NCBI GenBank assembly: GCA_013265495.1
Contig: MU058141.1
Coordinates: 1-64,000 of the forward strand
Reading direction: 5' to 3'
Length of the DNA stretch: 64,000 nt
DNA from: Vicugna vicugna
Lineage: Eukaryota
Shown here: one piece after another, positions 49,936 through 62,838 of the stretch
How the letters are laid out: the number at the start of each line of letters is the position of its first letter
How positions within the stretch are numbered: the stretch's first letter is position 1
Notes under the pieces: generated by a model
Told to the model about the DNA's origin: nothing
Database searches by the model: none
The model's input: only the letters and a program-made list of their open reading frames with translations
Position numbers and translations under genes: made by a program

Positions 49936-52118
49936 TATTAAGAGGATCTTACTATCCCTGTTACATCGTCTTCATCTCCTTATCTTACTTAAGACCTTAT
50001 GCTACCTTTCTCCACACAAAGCATCTACATAATAAAAACATGCTAACTAGCTTTCCTACAATTCATGTGGGTCTCAAGAGGAGAATATTTGGGAAAAAAT
50101 GGAGAGAAGAGAAAAAAGAGAAAAATGCTAGTCTGTTATTTTCCTACATCCCCCACTCCTAAACCATTTACTAACACCCAGAGGCATAGTGTTCACCTAC
50201 AAGTCAATCTTCAACTACCCAAAGTTACATGTTGCTACGTATAAGAGAAGGGTGGTCTGAGTCTTCCATATTTTCTAGAATGTGCTCTTTAACCTACTTT
50301 TATAGTTAGTGGACATGAGCAAAACGTTTTCTTTCAGTATAAAGCCTTGACATAAAAATAGCTCTTTTATTTTATTCACCTTAACTATGCCACAGAAACC
50401 AAGAAGGACAGAAATTTTCATATCTAAAAAATTGCATCGTCAGTCCCTTCCCTAACACAATGTGCAGATTCTCCAGCCTCTTTACACATAACTCAAAGCT
50501 CTTCAAATCAAAAGCTAAATCCACAGGGATAACACGCTTTGTAAAGCATCAGGCCTGGAGTCACCTTTTCAAAAAACAGTGCTTACACTAATCTTTTTAC
50601 TGGCAAATGCGGAGGCTTGTGTATAAATAAAAATAGGAAGCACTCCAAGGAAGCAACATACTGAAAAGTAGCCAGCACACATTTACCACCTGAGCCTCTC
50701 AGTCAACCAACAAGCTCCATGGTAGCAAGAATGTGTGAGCAATAAAGGGTCTCAGAATGTGTCCTAAGGTATAAAACCATGCCATGTATTCACAGCCTCT
50801 TCTATACCTTCAAGAAGAAGAAAACTTCAGTCATTATCCAGAAATCCCAGGCTTCAGAGAGAGAGATCTTTTGTTCCTGGTTAGGGCAAGAATTTCCACC
50901 AATGAGGAAGCAGGTTTAGAAAAAGGAGACCTTCAGTCATCAGCTTTGCTCTCCTGTTCTCAGAAGGGACTTCAGGGATCATAGTTTAATTTTCAGATGT
51001 GGGTATAGGAACTCATTGGTTTCTACAACACTGTGTTTTACCATCCCTCATTGTGATCTTAATTTTAGATTTTATATTCTTCACATGACATTTAAAAATA
51101 TTTTTTAAAGAAGAAAAAGAGGACTTATTCCATGGTACAGTGCCCTAAACGGTTGCCTGGAGCAGGGGTCCTTGCAGTATGAGGGACTACTGCTATAGGA
51201 TGTAGAATTGAACTGTTGGACGCAGGGTCTGGAAACACACTGGTAAGAAGTACATTTATAGGTCATTCTGTTCTGCTTTGGGCTTGGTGTCTGACATACT
51301 TACCATAAACCTAGTGTTTAAAATCTAGTAAAAACAATTCTTTATATGCTGTTTCCCTCTAACCCTCATTCCATTTAATAATCGGCACAGCATAATGGAC
51401 CCCTGACTGTTTGTGGTTTGGCAGGTAGGCATTTCCAGCAGTTACTCCATAGATTGATTTTATTTAAGGGCAGAAAGTAGGTTTAGTTCTTAAAAAGAAG
51501 AACATAATTGACTTAGCTTTTTACGGAATTGTAATTACTTCGACTAGCTTTAGAAGTTAAATTTCTCAAAGTATCTGAAATGGAAAATGCAGTTCCTAGC
51601 TCACTGGGCTTGAATAAGGATCTTGAATCAGCCAGAGAGCACACACAACCGTGATTCTAGAATAATCAGACTGGATCCTGTCAGGCACAACTAAACACTG
51701 ATATGGAGACTGATATAGAAATAAAAGCTTTCCTTAAGAAACACTCTAAAAAAAAAAAAAAAAAAAAAACCAAAGAAAAAGTGGATCATTTAGATGGTAG
51801 GACTAATCTTTATTTTGAGGCGTTAAGGTCATTGCTGATGATCTGTCTAGCCTAATTTTATCCTTCTGAGGTGCTTGGTAATTCAGTCCCAATGCTCTGC
51901 CTTCCAAATCTTGGAATGGTTACTTCAAATAGCTTGACCTTGATACGTGTTTGTGGATTCAGCTTAGTTTTTCAGATCTGAAATGTGTAGGCTTAGTTTT
52001 TCACCGTGATTCAGACCCTAATTAGTGTTTCTTTTTAAGACAGTTAAAAAGTTCTTCTATTCCATGCACGTATCACAATACAGGGATCTGAAACCATCAA
52101 CAGGTTAGAGTGTGTGGG

Positions 52119-52293
52119 CAGGGCTGGCTTCAGAGGCACGGGCTGTTGAACAGGGCCTCACACTTAGAAAGGCCCCACTCACCCTTGTTTTAACACTCTG
52201 CTGTTGCTATGTTAAATTCCTTAATCATGTTTTAACAAGAGACCTCACACTTTCATTTTATAACAGGCTCTAAAAATTATATAGCCAGCCCTG
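52119..52293 (+). mobile_element. MER45A-like hAT-Tip100 MITE
   Basis: TIRs CAGGGCTGGCT/AGCCAGCCCTG, 175 bp, 8-bp TSD tgtgtggg/tgtatggg. Confidence 0.85.
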
Positions 52294-52309
52294 TGTATGG
52301 GCAAGAACT

Positions 52310-52720
52310 TTTGCAATTAGAGACAGATATGATTTTGAATACTGGCTGTGTCTATTACTAGTTGGATGAAATTTTGTAAATTAGGTATAGAATTTAGTAT
52401 TGGATCTACAAACAGAATGACTAGTTTCAAATCCCAGTTTTACCATTCTGGCATTGTGACTTTGGACAAGTTACTGAAACCTCTGGAGTCTTATTTCCTT
52501 CTCTGTTAAAAAGGTCAATAAAAGTATTAGGAGTGAAAATTAATTTAAAATTCTTAGAATAATACCTGGCACAGAGTGCTAAATGTTAGCTATTGTTACC
52601 AATACCTTTGTTTCTTCACCTATAAAAAGGAAGTAATAATATCTATGTGTTTGTTGTTAATTCAGGGACTCCCAGCATTTTAGCATAGAATTTAATTCAT
52701 AGTGTCCATACAATAAATTT
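52310..52720 (+). mobile_element. MIR fragments (nested or tandem)
   Basis: gtttcaaatcccagtttt...gtgactttggacaagttactgaaacctctg...cttagaataatacctggcacagag. Confidence 0.65.
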
Positions 52721-52987
52721 AATACATTTCCCTTTCTCCCAAAGAGAATATTTTTAGTTCCCAACTCTAGATCATTTTTATTAGTTAGTATTAAATGTAG
52801 ACTTGTGGATGACTATAGCTATTTCTCAGTATATATAGAAACTATTTAAAAAATTATAGGTGTTGAGAGGCCTTTTAAAACCTTAGATTGAAATTACAAT
52901 TCATGTGTGCAATGAGAAGGAATTATTCTTAATATAAAATGAAACCTAAAAATATGCTCAATATTATATACATAAAATTCATCTTAC

Positions 52988-53124
52988 TGATTTCAGCAGC
53001 TATAACAGTAAGATTGTGCCACTGAGATAGTTCACGGTCAAGTGGCTTTGATGTATAAAGGGATCCATTTCCAGAATGTATGTTAAAGATCCTGTCAAGG
53101 TCAGTGTGGCGATCCAAGGAAAAT
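52988..53124 (-). CDS. CDH10: Cadherin-10 exon 8, 137 nt, EC4: (R)[45 protein letters not shown]
   Basis: LDRE motif. Acceptor atgttcag|A and donor A|gtaaga. Phase 2 in, phase 1 out. Confidence 0.96.
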
Positions 53125-55136
53125 CTGAACATGAGGGCAGAGAAAAATACATGCAGTATTACTGATGGTTTATAGGAGAAAACAGTGAAATGCAAAGACA
53201 CACATAGAGTGATAAATAATAATTTCAGGAAAGTACGTAGTACTGAACTGGAATGCAGAATGTGTCATCAATTTATCACACACACACACACGCTGACCCT
53301 CTCCCACCCCCACCCCCCAACCCTCTTTCCAAGACCTGAATTGACCATTGTTCTGCATTGAAATGCTGGTCTTCTGAATCCTTGCATTATCGAATCATTA
53401 TCTATTGCCACATTCAACTGACCTTCATGTATTTTTTCCAAAAAAAGAGTTGGAAATACAAGTTTTACATCACCAACTAACTTTGCCTAGTGATTGAGAC
53501 TTCTAAAGGATTATTACAAAGATCAAATGCATAAGATCATCAGCAGAAGTAAAGTCTTCTAGTAAGAATATTGGAGATAACATTAGTTTCCTCAAAAGTG
53601 TAGATCATCAATTGATGACTGTGTTTAGTCGCTTCAAAGTACAGTACACAGGTAGCTTCATTTTCTTACCCATGTGTATCATTATAAAATGTATACATTT
53701 TAACTAGATATATTTTAAAAATAGAAAAGTTTGGCATAAGAGTTTTTATATATCTGTAGCAAATGAAGTCTTAGTACATGTATTAAAAAAACAAGTATTC
53801 TGCAAACTAATTAATGGCATTGTGCTGGGTGTCATTCTAAAATTTAACAACAGGTTTATCAATCAGGATGATATAGTTGGGATAAATCTTATTATTTGGG
53901 GGATTGTCAGCCAAGGTTTAAAAGAACTGTACCCCTCACTGGTGGTTCCTGTCACTTCACAATCCTAGTGGTTTACAAATGTTTTAGAATTTTTGAGTTA
54001 GCAAGCATCTTTAATGTTCCCTATTAAAAAATTTTAAAAAAAGAGCAAAATAAAGATGACAAAACCAGGAATATTATTCAGGTATGGCATATATTTTCTT
54101 AAGAGACAACTGTTATTTATTTTAAGGAAAAATATATGAAATAGCATTTTTAAATTGCATTTTGTGAATAATACTACAAAATAATTTTGAAAATGCCATA
54201 AAGCTTTTTTTCTTTTAGTGTTCCAAACATGTATAATATTTCCAAAAATCGATTGAAATTTATGATCTTTATATTGGGTTTTGAATAAACTGCATTAGAA
54301 GAATAATTTAACATTTCAATAGTTAATGTGATTTTATTTTTGAGGACTGCTTATTTTAGACTTCTATTTTAAATCAGTTCTAAATAGAACAGACCAGTCA
54401 TTTACAAATTTCCTTAATAAACCCCAGACATCTCTATTAACACAATAGGAATTTAGTTTTGTATTCAAACTACCTGTTTTAGCCATTCACAAATTACACA
54501 AAACTTTGTATCTCTGTATCTGGAATAATTCATAAATTATATCCCAAGTTGACAAAATTATTTTACTAGTGAAAGATCCAACATAAATTTTACCTCCTCC
54601 TTGGAGTGTTCCATGATTATCTGAAGTAGAAGCTATTTGTCCCCTTCCATCCTAAGGTCCCTTGTACCACTCATCTCTGTCATTTATCACATTGTATTCA
54701 CAATTCATTTCATCTCACATCTCAAACAGGAAATCAAACATGAAAATGGCAAGCATCATACTTAAAATCTAGTAGGTACTCAACGAATATTATTTTTCAT
54801 ACTAAATCTTCTTCCCTAGCAGACTGAGAACTCCTTGAGAAACATGTTAATAATGATGTGGTGACCCACAAATATTCGTTGAATGGAAGAAAGTATGACT
54901 GACCTCTTTGGCATTTTGGCAAATGATGGTGTACTTATTTCTATAGAAATATGACAGGAAGTTGCAGTATGTAAATCAATATAAAGTATCATTGTCTTAG
55001 CCAAATCCATTTTATGTCTGTGTTGTTTTTTTCTTGTACTTCAGTTTAAAAAATAATGATAAAACTTAGAGGATTATGTGAAATTACCTTGAAGATACAG
55101 AGACATCCTGATTCTTTTTCAAACATGATATAATTA

Positions 55137-55880
55137 CAGTTGACCCTTGAACAACATGGGTTTGAATTTTGTGGGTCTACTTATAAGTGAATTTTTTCAA
55201 TAAATATTGAATGAAAAATATTGCCTTGCTGTATCAGTTAACAAAGGATGCTGCGGCCATCAAGTCATCAGTCACTACCACAGCCCCCGAAGGTGAGCAG
55301 GAGGGAACTCAGGATGAAGACAAACAGGCAGCCCTGCCTCTGCCACCACCCGCAGCGGTGCACCCTGAGGGAACTCAGGATGGGAAAAGAACAGGGTGCG
55401 GGACCTACATATTTAGGTGCATATCAGAGGAATGATTTCAATGACAGACTTTTGCATCTTCCCGTACATAGAAAAATGCTAAATTCCTTAACTTGAGACA
55501 CCTGGTTTTCTTTAATTAACAGTAATCTTTTGATGTTCTGACTACCTGGTCTTTGTTGTAAAACTCATATATATCCTGGCTCCTCCCCTGCCTCTTCAGA
55601 GCAGTCTCTCAGAGCTATCTGAAAAGTTGTTATCTTGGGCTCAAGTCCTCAGAAGTGTCCACCAAATAAAATATAACTCTCAACGTTGAGGTTGTGCATT
55701 TTCTTCAGTTGACAAGATAAACTACAGTATATATTCGTTGAATAAATAAATCTGAAGTTGAATGCTTGGATGCAGAATTGTGGACACAGAGGGCCAACTA
55801 TGAGGTTATATTCAGAGTTTCAACTGCTTTGGTGGGGGAGATTTGTGCCCTTAATCCCCAAGTTGTTCAAGAGTCTACTG
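55137..55880 (+). mobile_element. Tigger2/MER8-like TcMar MITE split by an LTR
   Basis: TIRs CAGTTGACCCTTGAACAAC (55137) and GTTGTTCAAGAGTCTACTG (55862-55880), with TA on the left flank. Confidence 0.8.
55208..55714 (+). mobile_element. ERV1-class solo LTR in CDH10 intron 7, antisense to the gene
   Basis: TG...CA ends, TATA-like tatatat, AATAAA at about 55665, 4-bp TSD atat/agat, duplicated gagggaactcaggatg in U3. Confidence 0.8.
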
Positions 55881-57748
55881 CTATATGTTCCAGTTCTCTT
55901 CTGGTAAATTATATTATTACCTAAGATTTTCATTTTTAAATCAGTTCCAGAATACATATTTTAGGTAAACCTCTCTGATTATTGCATTAGCAGCCACAGT
56001 ATATGACATAAACAGTTTATAACATGACCAGTATTATCCAATTATCCATCCCTAAATACGTTGCTTTAGTAAAGCTACTTTATTCCTTTGATAATATATA
56101 TACATTTTTTGATCTGTGTGTTCTATCAAGATTAACACTCAGTAATATTCATTTCCATTTTCTACATCAAGTTAGCATAAATTTAAATATGCAACAAGAA
56201 TCATGGTGTAGACTCTGTCATTAATAAGCAATGATGTTATTAATTCTGTTGCATTTAGTGCACGCAGTGGATTCTTTTCTCCTGGTCTCCAGGACTTGCA
56301 TCCTGATGAAATATTTTACTTTTTGTTTCAAAAATTCACAGATACATTTTGATGTATAACAACCATCAGTCTATAAAAAGATGCAAAATTGATTTCATTG
56401 TATGGAAAAATATCTTTTATACTGTCACTTAATAATGTCACTAGATTTAAACTGAACTTAAAAAATATATTGTATTTGATTTTTAAAAGGCCATTTTAAA
56501 ACCAGGAATACATGCCAAGGGAGTGCTTGGTAAGTATTTAATGTGGAAAATTAAGCACGTATATTGGTTATTTAAAAGCTTCAAAGGAAAAAAATCCAAG
56601 GAATGCAGCAATTCCACTGAAGATAAATGTGGTGGAGAAGAGGCATTTATGGGGAAGTCATGCTGGCAGATGGGAGCTGTACTTGAGTGCCATATGCAGG
56701 TTTTGGCTGCCAGTATGTAACCTCATGCTGTATGTGAAGATAAGAAATATTTAGGTAAAATAATATAAATCAAATAGCAATTTATATATACATGTATATA
56801 TATAATATGACTCCACTTGAAGATCTGATAGAACCTACAGAAATTTTAACTTTAATTTGAGTTAGTCACATGGCCCATAAAATTAGAGGTTTCTGACATT
56901 CCACTGCAGCATAGTTAGGAGTGTGTACTTGGAAATTGTACAACCACTTGAACTCCTACTTGACTGGCCAACGTAGAAAAAAAGAAGCAAAATCAGCTTG
57001 CTGAAGATGAAGGAAACAAATGAAATCCAAAACACACGACGGACTAATGGTCTAAGGCAGTCATTTCGATGGTGAATATTACTTATAGATATCTGTACTT
57101 TTTTAAAATGAGAGAACAAAGGTCAATGAAGACTTTGACCCTTTCTCATTTGTATGTGTTTTTCCCATTTCATATATTTTTAATTGCCATAAGAAAACAA
57201 AGCAAAAAAAAAAAAATTGAAATCACTCTGATCTTGTTGGAATGTTCTAAATTTTTGATATAGCCCAAACAACAAAGTCCCCTTTTGATGATAGGAGTAT
57301 AGAAGAGTTTCTATAATCATAACTACATTGTAACATAGTTATGATTTTTTTTTGACTGTTAAAACCTCTCTCAACCTCACATATTATTTAAGAACCTGAA
57401 AGCACAAATAAGTTGATTCAGCGACACCACAAATGAACAGCTGAAATGGTACCCTTTACCTGTACCAGGGCTCAGGACAACAAATACCTCAAAGAGCCAG
57501 GCAGATGATACAAGCCAAGTGTCAGGCTAAACGGCATGATTAAAACCGAAGCTAATGATGAGATCCATGCACCTGCTGCCCCAGAACAGACTATTTACTG
57601 TAAACACTTGTGCTCACCAAATTTATGTGCACCGTACGGAGACACCCTCTTATCTTTCAGTGCATTTAAGTGCTTTAAATAGAATTTCATGGTCTCTATG
57701 TTTACTTCAATTCCCCTTTCTTTTCATCTTAAACAGAAGCATAATTAC

Positions 57749-58002
57749 CTGATGGGGCTAGAAGTCGAATCTGGGTCCCTTGCCATCACGGTACCAATGA
57801 TTGTGCCCACTTCAATATCCTCGTGAACCTCGAACAGATAGGAGGATCTGCTGAAAACGGGAGGCTCGTCCACATCTTCGATAGAGATTTTCACAATTGT
57901 CGTGTCTTTAAACGGTCCTAGGTAATAAAAACGTGGATCCACGTGGGTATTTTCTGCTTCTACCTTCAGAGTGTAAAGCCTTCGGCTTTCGTAGTCAAGT
58001 GG
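57749..58002 (-). CDS. CDH10: Cadherin-10 exon 7, 254 nt, EC3/EC4: [50 protein letters not shown]...[11 protein letters not shown](R)
   Basis: LDYE, DVDEPP and ARDPD calcium-binding motifs. Acceptor taatacag|CCA and donor AG|gtaatt. Confidence 0.96.
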
Positions 58003-58654
58003 CTGTATTAAAAATAAATAAGTAAATAAATCATCAAATTAGATTGAGGGGAACTAGATTAGAGGGTCCTTCCAAGTTACAGTATGATTTTTAAAGCCTA
58101 GCTGAGTTCTGTCAAGTTGTTCATTAACTGTAAGTCACTAAAAGTAATAAAAATACATAAATCTTTACATATCAAATAGAACTTAGTTTTTACTTTTTAT
58201 ATACTTAGAATGTAATATTCCAGAACATAAGAAGATGAGATTTTAAATCTCAGAAAAATTGAAAAGGGTATTAAGACTTGTCTCCTACAGAGGTGACTCA
58301 TAAAACATGGGCTGGTGAATTGTGCGTGTGTGCATGTGTGCGTATGTGTGTGTGTGCTGAGGTATTGGCTACTGTTAAGTTTTTCTAAGCAAAGAATCAG
58401 TTATCATTCAAAATTTATGTTGTGATATTTCCATCCAGTTTAATCGGCTGGCTCATGGCACTACAGAAACCTGATGCAGTTTTGAAGACTAATATAAAAC
58501 TTTCAGCAGTTACATGAAACACTGAAAAACCTTGGGTAAAGAGAAAAATTTTGAGAGCTGATTGATAGTTAGATTACATTATGAAACAAAAAGGAACTGA
58601 AATATTGAATTGGTCACTCCATACTGGTCACCATTCATTTGAAAAACAGTTGGT

Positions 58655-58760
58655 GGGGAAGGGAACTAGCTCAGCGGTGGAGTGCATGCTTAGTATGCAC
58701 GAGGCCCTGGGTTCAAATCCCAGGACCTCCATTAAAACAAACGAACAAGCAAACAAACAT
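58655..58760 (+). mobile_element. tRNA-Ala-derived SINE (vic-1-like)
   Basis: A box TAGCTCAGCGG, B box GGTTCAAATCC, (AAAC)n tail, flanking repeat aaaaacagt at 58642 and 58761. Confidence 0.85.
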
Positions 58761-59287
58761 AAAAACAGTGGATTGTGTACCATGGGCTTTGCAGTAGAAT
58801 CTGAGGATAGTTTTGTGATTAGCAGGTGGTTATTTTATGCAAATAGAGTGTTCAGGACATTTCACTAGGACCTATGCCTTATTTTTTCTTATAATGATGG
58901 TACTGAGCCTACAATAAAAAACTAGTTACCTTCGAATTGTATCACTGAACATATGTTAGGAGAAAAGTTTAATTTATGGAGCAGAAGGGAAAATGTGAAC
59001 AATGAAATTATCTTCCCATCCATGCTGTCTCTTTTTATTAGCAACTCTAATTATTGCTTCATACATCTGGATAGATGGCATGCTACTTTTTATGCCTCCA
59101 ACTGTGATGATCTATGGCTATTACTAGTTATTAACTATTTTTTTAAGAAAACAATGTTAATGAAGGACTTTTATTAACATGGCTCAGAAATACAATCACA
59201 CATATATTAACTTGCTTTTTAAATTTTATAAAATCTCAGGTTTCATGTTTCAATCAACAAAAATACTAGACCAAATGTCTAAGGAGA

Positions 59288-59432
59288 GGTGGAAGGTATA
59301 GCTCAGTGATAGTGTGTGCTTAGCATGCACAAGGTCCTGAGTTCAATCCCCAGTACCTCCGTTAAAAAATAAATAAATGAACAAACCAATTGCCTCCCTC
59401 CCTCCAAAAAAATAAATAAAAGAAAAATTTTT
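59288..59432 (+). mobile_element. tRNA-Ala-derived SINE (vic-1-like) with a 15-bp TSD
   Basis: Head ggaaggtatagctcagtg...gttcaatccccagtacctcc. TSD AAATGTCTAAGGAGA at 59273-59287 and 59433-59447. Confidence 0.9.
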
Positions 59433-59586
59433 AAATGTCTAAGGAGATCTTTGGCTTTATGTGCCTCCTATATGTGCATTTACATGACAGTAATATTTCT
59501 TAATGGACAATGCATGAGTGGGTAATACTGATGGAAATCTCCACTTTCTAAACAGCCAGATCAGTATTTCTGCTGGTGTCTTGTAC

Positions 59587-59774
59587 CTTTTTCACAGTTA
59601 TGATGCCTTCCTGTGTGTCCTTCTCCGTTATGATGTCAAACATATCAGTCCCATCGCCATCAATAATTCGGTATTCTACTTCAGCATTTTTCCCAGTGTC
59701 AGCATCAGTCGCTTTTACACTTCCAACAGCTGTGCCAACGGGGGACGACTCCAGAACTCGAAGATGGATGGTGC
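59587..59774 (-). CDS. CDH10: Cadherin-10 coding exon (exon 6 by human numbering), 188 nt, first part of EC3: (S)[62 protein letters not shown]
   Basis: Cadherin motifs (E..PVGT, A.DAD.G.N). Acceptor tctttgcag|GC and donor AAG|gtacaa. Ends in phase 0, matching the next exon. Confidence 0.96.
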
Positions 59775-60365
59775 CTGCAAAGAATAAAGAAAAGAAGAGG
59801 GAGAGAGAGAGATTTCTCAACAGAGGATTCAAAGGGAAAAATGTGTATTAGAGAATATTATGTATCTTTGACTCTACATTAGATGTTGACTAATTAAAAA
59901 GTTGAATATGCCTAATATGGATAAGATAGAGTCTAGGAACAGAACAAGTGAACATGTGGGGGATTTGGACTGTGCATACTATGAATAGTGAGTACCAATC
60001 CCTAATGGTATTAGGAATTCTGGTTTTAAAATGAGTATGTTGTCTTTTTTTTTTTCATTTGCACAAATAACTAGAGATTAGCTTTGAGTGCAGATACGTA
60101 CCTGCCTGTGTTTATACAGTTACAACAAATCACAGAATACAAGGTGAATATTTATATGTTGCAGTGAATATATTTTTATTGTTTTCCCTTTGTTATTTTT
60201 GGTTATTTGCTAATCAGTTTATTTCAACTGCAGGGCAGCACATTATAAAATTCCATGAAATCAGACACAGTGGGGAGAAATCCTACTTCAATGTGTGACA
60301 GGGAAACAAAGGATAGTCTAAATACAAAGTTGCTCTTCACAGTGTCAGTGTAAAAACACTAAGTT

Positions 60366-60825
60366 AAACACTAAAATAATTCCATTTGCAGCAACATGGA
60401 TGGAACTGGAGATCGTCATTCTAAGTGAAGTAGGTCAGAGAAAGAAAAATACCATATGATATTACTTATATGTGGAACAACCACAACAAAAAAAGACACA
60501 CACGAACTTACTTATAAAACAGAAACTGACTCACAGACATAGAAAATAAATTTATGGTTACCAGGGCAAAGGGGATGGGAAGGAATAAATTGGGAGTTTG
60601 AGATTTGCAGATGCCAACTACTATATGTGGGATAGATAAACAACAAATTTCTACTGCATCACACAGGACGTTGTATTCAATATCTTGTAGTAACCTAAAA
60701 TGAAAAAGAATCTTCAAAGGAACATATGTATGTATATGTATGACTGAAACATTATGCTGTACACCAGAAATTGGCACAACACTCTAAACTGACTGTACTT
60801 TAATAAAAAAAAAGTTAAAAAAAAA
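60366..60825 (+). mobile_element. 5'-truncated young L1 3' end
   Basis: ccatttgcagcaacatggatggaactggag encodes PFAATWMELE (end of ORF2), followed by 3' UTR, AATAAA and poly(A). TSD core ACTAAGTT at 60358 and 60826. Confidence 0.9.
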
Positions 60826-61303
60826 ACTAAGTTCTGACAAATCCCCTTCCATTCCAGAGGAAAACAAGAATTTCTCTAAGCCCCCAGTGCACCTAGCTGT
60901 GCTTCCAGCATGAACAACCTCTACTGCTAATGAGATTCATGTTTCAGCACCTGATCGTAAACCACATGTCACTGACAGATTAATCGACCTGAAGCACACT
61001 TCTGATTAGAGCACCTTCTTGCTCATAAACCTTAAGTCATTCTCCTTAATACACATACTTAAGTCTAGACCTCTTAGCCAGTCATGCTCTTGCCAGAGTA
61101 CATCTTTCCTAATGCGTGTTTTCCTTTAGTCACTTCCAGGAAAGATGTGTACCAAACTGGACTTTTCAAAGTCTTTCTTGTCAAAAATTCATTTCTTACA
61201 TCTCTCTATACATTCTTTACATCTTATTTCTCTCACATAAAATTCTTCCCCCACTACCCTCAAATAATCATAACACAATTTACCAAATCGGAGAAAACAG
61301 CTC

Positions 61304-61686
61304 TATCATGGGCCGAGTGTTTAAGGGGTGACAGCCCTCAAAATTCATATGTTGGGCCCCCAGCCCCAACTCAGTACCTCAGAAGGTGTCTGTACTAAAA
61401 GACAGAGTCTTTAGAGAGGTAATTATGGTTAAATGGAAACATTAGGGCTATCCCTAGTTTTACGTGACTAGTGTCCTAAAAAAGAGACTTAGACACAGGC
61501 AGGCACAGAGGAAAGCCCATGGGAAGACAAGGAGAAGATGGGCATCTACGAGCCAAAGAAAGGCCTCAGAAGAATCCACTTTGCTCTGGGACTTCCAGTT
61601 TCCAGAACTGTGAGAAAATAAATTTCTATCGTTTACACCACCTAGCCTGTGGGACCTCGTTACGGCCGCCCTAACTAACTAGTCCA
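61304..61686 (+). mobile_element. MaLR solo LTR (MLT1B-like)
   Basis: aaaattcatatgttg...ggacttccagtttccagaactgtgagaaaataaatttct. Confidence 0.85.
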
Positions 61687-62687
61687 GGCACCTTTCCTGC
61701 TCGGTTTGAAGTCATTTCCCAGGAGACAGCATTAAGACTGAGTTTCCACCACACTCCAGTTAGTCCCTTAATGTGTACTTTTTCATTCCTTTTCTACATT
61801 TTTCTCTACCAATCCCTGGTAACACACTATTGAAAGCAACTCTCCGTTCATTCCTTGGCTACTGTCTGTCTTATTGGCTCTCTCTGCCTTTGCTGTTTCT
61901 CCTAGAAACATCCATTTCTGGATATTCAGACAACGCTCTCGCTTACTTCCTTCAGATAACTGCTCAACTCTGCAAACGCTTTCAGCAATAACCCTACTGA
62001 AAATAATTTTATTGAAAATACCACTCCCAGGTGCTCTTCATACCACTTGCTGCTGCCAGGCATTCTATTATTTACTTGTTTATTTGTATGTACCATGAAG
62101 ATGTTATACAAACAGAGATAACTTTGTAGTTTTCTCACCTTTTTAATCCCGTTGTATTTTTTGGAGTATAGTAGCTAATACACACTCGTATTTTGGATAA
62201 CCAAGAAACACCCTAACTCATTTACCAAATCCTAAACTTGGCCAAATCCAATCAAATCTAAGATACTCTCAGTACACACTGCAATCATATTGCCTCTTTG
62301 AAAACAGTAATTTTATCAATAATCACTCGGAGCTTCAGAACTCTTCGGTAGTTCCATTTGTATTTAAAATAGAGCATACATAGGCTGGCCCTGCAGAGAC
62401 TGGCTCCTCTTCTCTCTCAGTCTCTCCCTTCATTAGTAATCTCCGTAACACTGGTCTCCTTTAGGTTTTTCCAATATGCTTTTCCTACTTCAGCTTGATA
62501 CACTTTTCCTCTTTATGAAAGACGTTCTGCACAATTCTCTGCCTGGCAACCTCTAACACTTCCTTGATATATATCTATTTCACTATGCTTCTACCACAAA
62601 ACATCATCAACTCCAGCCTACTTAGTTAAAAAAACTTTCTTTAAACTTTAAATAACAGTAAGTCATTACCTTTTAACATGTAACTGA

Positions 62688-62838
62688 TTTTTTTCTTTTT
62701 TTGCCTTTTTTGGTCCAACTTTTTTGTTTTTTGGGGGGGTTGTTTGTTTGTTTATTTGTTTTAATGGAGATGCTGGGGATTGACCCCAAGGCCTTGTGCT
62801 TGCTAAGCACACTCTACCACTGAGCTATACCTTCCCCT
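62688..62838 (-). mobile_element. tRNA-Ala-derived SINE (vic-1-like)
   Basis: Reverse complement reads ggggaaggtatagctcagtggtagagtgtgcttagcaagcacaaggccttggggtcaatccccagcatctcc plus an A-rich tail. Confidence 0.88.

Noticed and set aside
59288..59360. tRNA-Ala(AGC)-like cloverleaf (also at 13481, 58655 and 62765)
   Set aside because: These have A-rich tails, TSDs and stem mismatches and occur as several diverged copies, so they are SINE heads rather than tRNA genes.
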